Below are positions 44,709 to 52,877 of a stretch of 64,000 nucleotides of DNA, one piece after another. Origin of the DNA: Bacteroidales bacterium (GTDB taxonomy: Bacteria; Bacteroidota; Bacteroidia; Bacteroidales; WCHB1-69); assembly GCA_016290295.1 (NCBI GenBank), contig JAEETJ010000002.1, forward strand, positions 79,583-143,582, read 5' to 3'. Both the position numbers and the translations under genes were made by a program. Under the pieces are notes generated by a model. That model had not been told where the DNA came from. It did not search any database and saw nothing but the letters and a program-made list of their open reading frames with translations. Every line of letters begins with the position of its first letter. Position 1 is the first letter of the stretch.

Positions 44709-44869
44709 GAAAGACAGGGCTTTTTAAGTGGTATTTTTTATGTTATAAGTGAATAAATATTTATGTTTAAAATGAAGTTGCAAAAGTAGCAAAAAAAATC
44801 TTTGAAAAAGAGTACAACGTAAGAAAAAAAGTTGTATTTTTGCAACCTCATTTCAAACGAGGTGAGCAT

Positions 44870-44943
44870 CGGGGTGTGGCGCAGTTGGCTAGCGCACTTG
44901 CATGGGGTGCAAGGGGTCGAAAGTTCGAGTCTTTTCACCCCGA
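44870..44943 (+). tRNA. tRNA-Pro (GGG anticodon)
   Basis: CGGGGTG-TG-GCGC-AGTTGGCTA-GCGC-A-CTTGC-ATGGGGT-GCAAG-GGGTC-GAAAG-TTCGAGT-CTTTT-CACCCCG-A folds as a cloverleaf. A TATTTTTG box lies about 28 nt upstream. CCA is not encoded. Confidence 0.9.
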
Positions 44944-44956
44944 CGAAAAAACAAAA

Positions 44957-44985
44957 AGGGAATGACAAAGTCATTCCCTTTTTTG
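44957..44985 (+). terminator. Rho-independent terminator after tRNA-Pro
   Basis: AGGGAATGAC-AAA-GTCATTCCCT-TTTTT. Confidence 0.8.
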
Positions 44986-44989
44986 TTAG

Positions 44990-45211
44990 TGGTTAGTGGC
45001 CAGGGGTCAGGTTACAGGTGTCAGGGATCAGAATTGACAATTGATAATTGACAGTTAATAGTTGTAGCTATTGAAATTCAGAATTCAATACTAACCTTTT
45101 TAACCTTCCTAACCTTCCTAACCCATCTAACCCTTCCATCCTGTAATCCTGTAATCCAAAATCAATTGTCAACTATCAGTTTTCAGTTTTCAGTTCTCAG
45201 TTTTCAACTTC
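44990..45211. repeat. About 220-bp continuous short-period word tract (7-nt, then 9/8-nt, then 7-nt)
   Basis: gttagtg|gttagtg|gccaggg|gtcaggt|tacaggt|gtcaggg|atcagaa|ttgacaa|ttgataa|ttgacag|ttaatag|...|aaccttcct|aaccttcct|aacccatct|...|cctgtaat|cctgtaat|...|atcagtt|ttcagtt|ttcagtt|ctcagtt|ttcaact. Confidence 0.9.
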
Positions 45212-47680
45212 TCACAGTCCTCTCGTTCCTCTCGGAGCCGTGGAGATTACCGCGCTACGGGGACGGATGTTGCCGCCACCGCTGGTGCTGCGACTGCTTG
45301 CCGTACTGGTAGCGGTGCTGCTATGGCTGGTTGATGAACTGCTGGTGGTGCTGGGACGGGTACCTGAACTCGTGGAGGGCTTAGCCCCACTGCTGGGCGT
45401 TGCGGAACCTGTAGGCCTGCTATTGCTACTGGGAGCAGTGCTGCTTGAGGGTCTGCTGCCACTTGGTGCCGCACTACCACTCGGTTTGCTGCTGGGAGCT
45501 GTACCACCACTCGGCTTGCTTGCCGTGGGAGTGCTTGCGGAGGGTTCTGAGGTGACAGGCTTGTTTTCCGCCAGCACAGGCTCAGTATTGGCAGGCCTGT
45601 CATAGTCCTTCGGCACATAATTGCCCTTACTCTGCTTGTAATGTGTCATGGAGTTCACACGGCTGATGCGTGATGATAGATTGTGTCCGCCAGTAGTCAG
45701 CAGGTCGTTAAAGGTGATGATGAGCGAGGAGGTCTTCATGTAGCGTCCGCTGTTGCCAGCCAAATTGCCCGCAAAATAGTTCTTGACATTGTTCAGGTCC
45801 ATGCCTAAAAGGTCCAGATTGTTCTTGCCGATTTCCCGCATCAGCTGGTTGACCTTACGGGCTCGAAGCATGGTGTTATAACTCTCCCGGTCTCTGACGG
45901 CGACACCACGAGGGTAGGAGAGGAACTTCGCCAGTTTGTTGAACTGCTCTTCCGACAGACTGTTAAGCAGGTTCTTCACCTCGTTGATATTTCCGCTGAT
46001 ACCCGCTTTGGTGTTCTGATGTACATTCTGATAAATGAAATCAATATGCTCATTTGTATAAGTCATGTTGTAGTTCTGCTCATTCTCGCGTAATTGTTTG
46101 TCAACATGTTCTTTCTGATACCTGTCGAAAGTGCGGTGCGACAAGCTGTCGGCGAAAGCGGCAATCGCCTCGCTACTCATGTTTTTAATGGTGTTGAGCA
46201 GATTAAGCGTTGGCTTATACAGCAAAAACGGTTTGTTCTTCGGGAAAGAAGGGTAGGTGTTGCCGGAATAGCTGATGTTATTGTCAATAAATAACTGATA
46301 CAAAGCGGTATATTGCACCACACGTGCCAAATCGGTATTGCAAAGGGTGGCGAAATAGTGGTAGGCCTGGCTTTCATAGCGGTAGCCGATGGATTCGCTG
46401 CGTTCCTGCGAGTTGAAATAACTGACAGGCAGTGAGCCGGTGCGGTTCAGTGTGTAAATGGTATATCCTTCACAGTCAATGGCATACATGGCACCAGCGG
46501 TGTTCCAGTTATAAACCAGTTCCGACAAACCCAATTTTCTGAACAGCGGTTTATCGAAAGGATAGTAGCCGGGGTCAGGATAGCGGTAATAGCCTTCCTG
46601 GATGGTGCCACGCTCCGACCAGTCCTTCAGCAGCACGTCGGTGATGGTCATCAGGTCGCCAAATTCGGTGTTTTCCAGCTCTTTGCTCAGGTAGGTGGGA
46701 CACCAGTCGCGGCCATTGTTCATCTTGCCGGCCATCAGGTCGTTGATGTCGAGGCTCTGCGACAATTCTTTTTCGGTAGTGGAGGCCAACAGCAAAATGC
46801 TCTCGATTTGCAGGGGTGGCAGCTCATTCAGCGGAGACTGGCGTTCGCGGCCAATGATGACCAAGGTGCTGCTGTCGGCCAAAGCTCCCAAAATCAGGTC
46901 TGCATCCAGGGTGAATTGGCGGATATCGCCCACTTGTCCGGCAATATCTTCATTCTTAGCAATTGCCCAGGCCACAAAACCTGGCAGCTGGCTGAAGAAT
47001 ACCCCTCGCGATTGTTCGGCAAACATGTCGGATATGGTCATCACATGATTGGTGTCATCCAAGGTCATAAAGCCTTCGCCATCTTCCATGAACCAGATGT
47101 TGAATTCATTCAAAGTAATCTGATAATCAATATTTTCCTTGGCGAAATACTGCCTTTTCTGCTCCACAGGCAACTCGGTTACGATAGGCTTGTATTCGCT
47201 GAAAAACAGCTCTTTGTTCAGCTTGCGAATCAGATTGTCGCAGTTCTCCTGGGTGGCGTTGCCCAAGTATATCAGCATGTCGGTCACATAGCCGTCATAA
47301 CCTATGGAATGCTTGCGTAATTCCACTTTGTGGGTGAATTTTTTGAAAATGGAGGCCACAGAGTCGGTCTCAAAGTGGGGTGGCAGTTCGCTGACCATGA
47401 TCATACGACTGCTGTCGGCAAAGGAAGCCATGCCAATGGTCTGATAATGAAAACGATATTTCTTCCGGAAGTCTTTGTAAATGGAATCGGACGACTGGCT
47501 AACCATACAGCTGTCAATTTGTATATTCTGATTGGGAATATACTCATACACAAATAGTTTGGCGGTTCCTCGTTTGACCTCCTCCACAATGGAAGGGCGG
47601 GTGGTGACCAGGAGAACGCCTGCGGCAAACAAGGCTATGATAATCAGCCATATAATAGTTTTTCCAGCAGTTTTTTTCAT
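45212..47680 (-). CDS. 822-aa N-terminally anchored protein of unknown function with a roughly 140-aa Ser/Thr/Pro-rich C-terminal tail
   Basis: TM IIWLIIIALFAAGVLLV, a large domain with no motif I recognise, and a C-terminus ..PSASTPTASKPSGGTAPSSKPSGSAAPSGSRPSSSTAPSS.... Strong long ORF. Confidence 0.7.
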   Translation of the reverse strand: MKKTAGKTIIWLIIIALFAAGVLLVTTRPSIVEEVKRGTAKLFVYEYIPNQNIQIDSCMVSQSSDSIYKDFRKKYRFHYQTIGMASFADSSRMIMVSELPPHFETDSVASIFKKFTHKVELRKHSIGYDGYVTDMLIYLGNATQENCDNLIRKLNKELFFSEYKPIVTELPVEQKRQYFAKENIDYQITLNEFNIWFMEDGEGFMTLDDTNHVMTISDMFAEQSRGVFFSQLPGFVAWAIAKNEDIAGQVGDIRQFTLDADLILGALADSSTLVIIGRERQSPLNELPPLQIESILLLASTTEKELSQSLDINDLMAGKMNNGRDWCPTYLSKELENTEFGDLMTITDVLLKDWSERGTIQEGYYRYPDPGYYPFDKPLFRKLGLSELVYNWNTAGAMYAIDCEGYTIYTLNRTGSLPVSYFNSQERSESIGYRYESQAYHYFATLCNTDLARVVQYTALYQLFIDNNISYSGNTYPSFPKNKPFLLYKPTLNLLNTIKNMSSEAIAAFADSLSHRTFDRYQKEHVDKQLRENEQNYNMTYTNEHIDFIYQNVHQNTKAGISGNINEVKNLLNSLSEEQFNKLAKFLSYPRGVAVRDRESYNTMLRARKVNQLMREIGKNNLDLLGMDLNNVKNYFAGNLAGNSGRYMKTSSLIITFNDLLTTGGHNLSSRISRVNSMTHYKQSKGNYVPKDYDRPANTEPVLAENKPVTSEPSASTPTASKPSGGTAPSSKPSGSAAPSGSRPSSSTAPSSNSRPTGSATPSSGAKPSTSSGTRPSTTSSSSTSHSSTATSTASSRSTSGGGNIRPRSAVISTAPRGTRGL

Positions 47681-47752
47681 CTTTTTTAATTTCCTGAGAA
47701 ATGAGTTGGCAAAGGTAGCAAATTAATTCGTATTTTTGCCAAAATTTAAAGG

Positions 47753-48709
47753 ATGTTTCGATCTATCCAGTCAAAATTATTTTTTCAAGTTGTGTGTGTG
47801 TTGGCATTGCTGGTGTGGGCGGTGCTGCAATTCATAAGTTCAACGCACTTTCTGCAACCGCCTTCCTCTACCACCTTCTGGCAGATGTTGGCCCCATTGC
47901 AGGGTCATTATGGCGGCATGATAACCATCATCAGTTTTGGCCTGCTCTTGCAAATTCTGCTTACGGATGTCTATTATTTCCGTGGCGGTTTCGGTGACAA
48001 CCACCACCTGATGGTGTGCATTTGGTTCCTCCTGATTCTGTGTTGCGGAGGCTTTGTTTCGGAATTATCTCCCGTTTGGTTCTCCAACCTTATTTTGGCT
48101 ATCATTATCAGTTTGAATTTCGATTACGACAATGGCAATCTGAAAAGCAAGGACCTTCTGTCGGGCATCCTCACGGGCGTGGCGTCCCTGTTTTATCCTC
48201 CCATGCTTTTTGTGGCGTTTTTTGTAATCAGTTCATTGATAATCAACAGATTCAGCAAGTATAAAGATATCATTGTTTATATATTAGGCATCCTGCTGGT
48301 ATATCTCTATATCTTTTGTTTTTATTTCTTCTGCGATAGATTGCCGGAGTTGTACCAGTTTGTGTCGGAGATACGTTTCTACAATACCTTTGTGATGACA
48401 GAAATGTACTCATGGAAGGTTATGGTGCTGATAGCCACAACGGTGGTGTCTTTGCTTTATGCTACCGTGGTGCTGAAAATACAATATGACAGTAAGACGG
48501 TGCTTCTTCGTAAAAGATTGATAACCATACATTTGATTACCATGTCATGTCTGCTGCTGATGGTATTCTCTCCTTTTGACTTTCATCAGGCTGTAGGTTT
48601 TCTGTTGATACCTATGACCTTGTATTACAGCATGTTGTCGCAGATGAAAGAACATCCGTTCATTAATGACCTTATGATGTTGATTTTTGTAGTTGCCTTA
48701 TGCCTTTAA
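47753..48709 (+). CDS. Multi-pass integral membrane protein of unknown function
   Basis: 318 aa with at least 8 hydrophobic helices. It overlaps the rnhB start by 10 nt. Confidence 0.65.
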   Translation: MFRSIQSKLFFQVVCVLALLVWAVLQFISSTHFLQPPSSTTFWQMLAPLQGHYGGMITIISFGLLLQILLTDVYYFRGGFGDNHHLMVCIWFLLILCCGGFVSELSPVWFSNLILAIIISLNFDYDNGNLKSKDLLSGILTGVASLFYPPMLFVAFFVISSLIINRFSKYKDIIVYILGILLVYLYIFCFYFFCDRLPELYQFVSEIRFYNTFVMTEMYSWKVMVLIATTVVSLLYATVVLKIQYDSKTVLLRKRLITIHLITMSCLLLMVFSPFDFHQAVGFLLIPMTLYYSMLSQMKEHPFINDLMMLIFVVALCL

Positions 48710-49302
48710 AGAGTCATTATTCTGATACTGAAATACTTGAATGCGGATGCGATGAAGTAGGGCGGGGCTGTATTGCCGGACCGGTTTTCGCGGCTGCGGT
48801 GATTTTGCCTTACAATTATCAGAATGAGGAAATCAATGATTCCAAGCAGCTTTCAGCCGCCAAGAGAAACCAAATGCGAATGATTATTGAGCGCGATGCC
48901 TTGGCTTGGGCGGTAGGGCAGGTGTCTGAGAAGGAAATCGACAAGATTAACATTTTGCAGGCCTCTTTTTTGGCGATGACACGTGCCGTAGAGCAGCTGA
49001 CTCTCAAACCGCAGCTGTTGCTGATTGACGGCAATCGCTTTGTCAACCGCACGGACATTCCCTATAAGACTGTGGTCAAGGGAGATGCTACTTATCTGTC
49101 CATTGCCGCCGCCTCGATTTTGGCCAAATGTTACCGCGACGAGCTGATGGAGCGTTTGCACGAGGAATATCCCATGTATGGCTGGAAGGACAACAAAGGC
49201 TACCCCACGCCTTACCATCAGGAAGCGGTGCTGAAATACGGCAACAGTCCCTACCACCGCCGCAGCTTCCAGCTGAAGCGACAATTGCGGCTGGAGTTCT
49301 AA
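48700..49302 (+). CDS. rnhB: Ribonuclease HII
   Basis: CGCDEVGRGCIAGPVFAAAV, DSK.L, IDG.., ASI.AK..RD are RNase HII motifs. Confidence 0.9.
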   Translation: MPLKSHYSDTEILECGCDEVGRGCIAGPVFAAAVILPYNYQNEEINDSKQLSAAKRNQMRMIIERDALAWAVGQVSEKEIDKINILQASFLAMTRAVEQLTLKPQLLLIDGNRFVNRTDIPYKTVVKGDATYLSIAAASILAKCYRDELMERLHEEYPMYGWKDNKGYPTPYHQEAVLKYGNSPYHRRSFQLKRQLRLEF

Positions 49303-49568
49303 TAGTATCTCCACCGCGGTGCAGAACATACTTGCACCTAAGCACTGCACCTGTTCACCGCGGAAGGGTATCAATTCAGCCGTGGCTGAAAATACTCCAA
49401 AATTTTCCAAAATTCTTCCTTCCTTTTTTGCAGCCCAAAGCAAATCTAAAAACACGCATTCCGCCATTTCCGCATCTTTTTGCATAATTTCGTTCACTTT
49501 TTGAATCGAAAGTGTGTTTTATTAAACTATTGATTTTAAGTAAATTAAGCATTCTTTTGCTATTGATT

Positions 49569-49594
49569 TTAAGAATTGGGTGTTGTAACTTTGC
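49569..49594 (+). promoter_or_regulatory. Conserved promoter module 'D', copy 1 (TTAAGAATTGGGTGTTGTAACTTTGC)
   Basis: Nearly identical 26-mers occur at 61205-61230 and 61913-61938. It contains the TAACTTTG -7 box about 30 nt before the ATG at 49623. Confidence 0.6.
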
Positions 49595-49622
49595 CAACAG
49601 TAAAAACTTAACTTAAGATACT

Positions 49623-50789
49623 ATGACAGAACTTTTACCTCTCGAAATGGCAAGCAATAAGTATAAGGACGATTTTGAAACAGTGTATGGCATCATTTCT
49701 GCCCATCGCAACCATGTCATACAGCAGGTCAACGGTGAAGCGGTGTTGATGGCATGGGAAGTGGGAGGGTTTGTTTTCAGCAAGTTGAAGACATCGGCAT
49801 GGGGTAGTGGTGTTGTCCGTCAGTTGGCTGAATACATCCATACACAGAACCCATCTGTGAGGGGTTGGAGCTACCGCTCCATATACAAGATGGTTCAGTT
49901 TTATGAAACCTATTCATTTCCGACATTTACCGAACTGATTGGCAAGGTCAAATCTCAAATTGTGCCAGTCGAAATGGCACAAATCCCCAATCAACAAATA
50001 ATGCCGATTCAATCGGCACAAATATTTTCTCAGACAATTGTGCCAATCCGATTGGCACAAATTCCCGACGTGCTGCTCTCTACAGGTTGGAGCAACCATC
50101 AGCTCATCTTGAACTACTGCAAGACGGATGAGCAACGACTGTTCTATATGCTGTATGCAGGTCGCGAACGATTGGAGTATAAAGAACTTGACCGTGCCAT
50201 CAAGACCGATGCGATGTCGGCCATCCTAGGTGGCCACGATGTACAATCGCAAGCGATGCAAACTCTGTATCCGCAGGCACCGCTACTATTCAAAGATCGT
50301 GTCAGTTTGGATATGCTTGGATTACCTCTTGATTACAAAGAAGCGAGGCTTCGCAAATCTATTATTGTGCACATGAAGGATTTTATATTGGAGATGGGCA
50401 AAGACTTCCTCTTCATTGACGAAGAGCATCGGCTTGTGGTAGGTGGTAAAACTTTTAAGGTTGATTTGTTGTTCTACCACAGGTTGTTGCAATGCATGGT
50501 TGCTATTGAGCTTAAAACATCAGAGTTCCAGCCCAGAGATCTCGGACAGTTGGAATTCTATCTTGAGGCTTTGGATCAGGAGGAACGTCGTTCCTGCGAG
50601 AATCCTAGCATTGGCATCCTGTTGTGTAAGGAAGCCAACATGGAGGTAGTGCGTTTCGCATTGAACCGAAGCATGTCGCCCACCATGGTGGCACAGTATA
50701 AAGAGCAGCTGCAGGTGGGAGGGGTAATACAGCGTAGTTTGGTCGAGTTTTGTAGATTTTTGGATAATGGTGGAAAGGTCGTGAAATAG
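49623..50789 (+). CDS. YhcG-family PDDEXK nuclease (DUF1016), copy 1
   Basis: N-terminal YhcG-like helical domain. C-terminal restriction-endonuclease-like core FKVDLLFYHRLLQCMVAIELKTSEF.PRDLGQLEFYL. Confidence 0.8.
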   Translation: MTELLPLEMASNKYKDDFETVYGIISAHRNHVIQQVNGEAVLMAWEVGGFVFSKLKTSAWGSGVVRQLAEYIHTQNPSVRGWSYRSIYKMVQFYETYSFPTFTELIGKVKSQIVPVEMAQIPNQQIMPIQSAQIFSQTIVPIRLAQIPDVLLSTGWSNHQLILNYCKTDEQRLFYMLYAGRERLEYKELDRAIKTDAMSAILGGHDVQSQAMQTLYPQAPLLFKDRVSLDMLGLPLDYKEARLRKSIIVHMKDFILEMGKDFLFIDEEHRLVVGGKTFKVDLLFYHRLLQCMVAIELKTSEFQPRDLGQLEFYLEALDQEERRSCENPSIGILLCKEANMEVVRFALNRSMSPTMVAQYKEQLQVGGVIQRSLVEFCRFLDNGGKVVK

Positions 50790-50869
50790 AACAGCAGAAA
50801 GAATTCTACCGCTTGCAACACAAAGGAGCAGGACAGGTATAGAGAAAGACAGAGAGGTGGTCACTTCCC

Positions 50870-51712
50870 TCACATCTTCCAGCATCTCTTTAATTGCTCC
50901 AACTTGCAACGATAAGCCGATGTCTTGGCCAGGCGGATGATATTGGTTTTGTAATCGGGTGGGAGATACTTATCCATTTCAGTGACAATTCCGTCTGGCA
51001 TGCCATAAAACGCTTCCGCAATGCCGCCTGCGATACAGGCTTGGGTGTCGCTGTCACCGCCAAGCGATACTGCCAGTCTGACGCTTGACTCATAGTCTGT
51101 GCTGTCTATGAATGCGATGATGGCTTCTGGCACCGACTTTTGGCAAGACACAAAGAAACCATATTGGGGACGGATTTGGTCGCAAGTACGGTTAAGGTCG
51201 TATTCGTATTTCTTTGAAATATAATTCTTTATCTCTTCCTTGCTTTTCCCGTTGCGAGCCATAAAGATGGCTGCCGCCGTGGCTTGTGCCCCTTTGATGC
51301 CTTCGGGATGATTGTGCGTGATGCTGGCAGAGATTTCCGCCACCCGTTCCGTTTCCTCCAAGCTGTCGAAGAACCAGCCTACAGCGCTCACACGCATAGC
51401 GGAGCCATTGCCGTAGCTGTTATAAGGTCTTCGCACGCCATCTTTCCAGATATTTTCAGGGTAAAACAGCCATTGCAAAAACCTGCCACCATAGCCCGCA
51501 CCGGAATCATAGTTCCCAAACTTTACCATTTTCTGTTCTAATACCTCATGAGATAGAGTAGGGTCGTCCATCAGCCATTCCGCCACCGCCATAGTCATCA
51601 CCGAATCATCAGTATAGCGGCTTCTGCGACCAAATAATTCAAAATCAGTATCTTTAATACTATTAAATTCAAATGGAGAACCAATGATATCTCCTGCAAT
51701 CGCGCCTAACAT
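50870..51712 (-). CDS. ADP-ribosylglycohydrolase (DraG/ARH/Tri1-like) family protein
   Basis: MLGAIAGDIIGSPFEF, YTDDSVMT, GNGSAMR, SLGGDSDTQACIAGGIAEAFYG are ARH family motifs. Confidence 0.85.
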   Translation of the reverse strand: MLGAIAGDIIGSPFEFNSIKDTDFELFGRRSRYTDDSVMTMAVAEWLMDDPTLSHEVLEQKMVKFGNYDSGAGYGGRFLQWLFYPENIWKDGVRRPYNSYGNGSAMRVSAVGWFFDSLEETERVAEISASITHNHPEGIKGAQATAAAIFMARNGKSKEEIKNYISKKYEYDLNRTCDQIRPQYGFFVSCQKSVPEAIIAFIDSTDYESSVRLAVSLGGDSDTQACIAGGIAEAFYGMPDGIVTEMDKYLPPDYKTNIIRLAKTSAYRCKLEQLKRCWKM

Positions 51713-51725
51713 AAGTCTAAAGAAA

Positions 51726-52589
51726 TTAATGCGTTATTTGATCTAAAGCTTTCTTCAATCGAGGACAATCTTCTATTTGTTCCCCAAAACTTGCTCCTGG
51801 GCCACCTCTCATAGAATACCATCCTTCTGTTGTTTTGTATGAAACATCCACGAACAAGGACTGCGACAACATCTGCATCAGATATTTGTAGGGCATGAGC
51901 AAAGTCTTAATGCCTCTTGCGGCATTTGTAGAATCGACATATACTTCATTTTCATATACAACATCCAGTACAGTATAAACACTATCATAAAAAGTGATTT
52001 GAATACTGTCCATCTGAAAATCTTCGTAGTTGGTGATGACAAAACTAGAAAGAGGTTCTTCGTCATCTTTCCCGATAGTCAGAATTATATTGGCAAAGTG
52101 CCAAGGAGCTTCCCAGGATCTGGGTATAACAGTGAAGCACATGAGTTCCACATCTGTAAAGGATACTGTTTGCCATTCCACAAAGCGTGAGATTGACTCA
52201 CCGGAACAATCGCATTGATAAACCCGGTCATCCTTCGATGCTAGCCTCCAGAAATTGGATGCTGTAGCCCGCATCATCAGGGTGAATTCAAATACAGAAT
52301 CATAGGCTATAACATTAGCCATTTGATCCAACATTCTGCATACCTGATTTGAATGGGCTTCAACAGATTGTGTGCTATCCTCCAAGAAATAATACACGGA
52401 ATCTATCAAATTGATAAGTGAGAGCCTTTGGCTGTCATTGATTTCATAATCTGCTGCCCAATTCCGCAGGAAATTTGGCCAACGAACTTCCCCGGTTTCT
52501 TCATCAGTCTTTTGGGGTGTGGCGCAAGCAGATAGTGCGATAGCGCAAAGGATGAAAATTGCTATTTGTTTGTACTTTAACTGTTTCAT
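51726..52589 (-). CDS. Lipoprotein of unknown function (same transcription unit as the ADP-ribosylglycohydrolase)
   Basis: Lipobox ILCAIALSAC. Own TACTTTTG -7 box upstream (about 52619-52626). It ends 13 nt before the ARH gene. Confidence 0.6.
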   Translation of the reverse strand: MKQLKYKQIAIFILCAIALSACATPQKTDEETGEVRWPNFLRNWAADYEINDSQRLSLINLIDSVYYFLEDSTQSVEAHSNQVCRMLDQMANVIAYDSVFEFTLMMRATASNFWRLASKDDRVYQCDCSGESISRFVEWQTVSFTDVELMCFTVIPRSWEAPWHFANIILTIGKDDEEPLSSFVITNYEDFQMDSIQITFYDSVYTVLDVVYENEVYVDSTNAARGIKTLLMPYKYLMQMLSQSLFVDVSYKTTEGWYSMRGGPGASFGEQIEDCPRLKKALDQITH

Positions 52590-52877
52590 TTTTGTTTTCG
52601 GTTTGAATTTTTTGCAAAAGTAGTTATTTTATTCGAGAATCACTTTGAAAGAGAAGCTTCTAAATCCCTCTTCTCTGAAGTTCACGGATTCTTTCTTGGA
52701 TTTCTTCTAACAGGTCTTGATTACTCTTAGTATCCGAAATGTTTTTGTCAATGTCACATGACCTCCCATCTACCAGGGAATATAGAAACTGTTTAATCTG
52801 ATTGAAAATGTTCATAAACTTGTATTTTTAAGGTTGAAAATTTTGTGTATTTTATGCAATGAATCTACAGATCACTC

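Noticed and set aside
44738-44974. 78-aa minus-strand ORF (and ORF 5742-5957).
   Set aside because: They overlap tRNA-Pro and tRNA(CAT) plus their promoters and terminators, so they are spurious.
45240-45618. ORFs 45240-45605 (+) and 45247-45618 (-) in the GC-rich segment.
   Set aside because: These are alternative frames of the Ser/Thr/Pro-rich tail of the 822-aa gene. Their repetitive L/A/V/G or P/A/V translations are a compositional artefact.
48853-49497. 214-aa minus-strand ORF starting in the rnhB-YhcG spacer and running antisense through rnhB.
   Set aside because: About 450 nt overlap RNase HII antisense, with no promoter box and no recognisable motif. The intergenic part being open is probably chance, although the 318-bp spacer itself is unusual (see the island finding).
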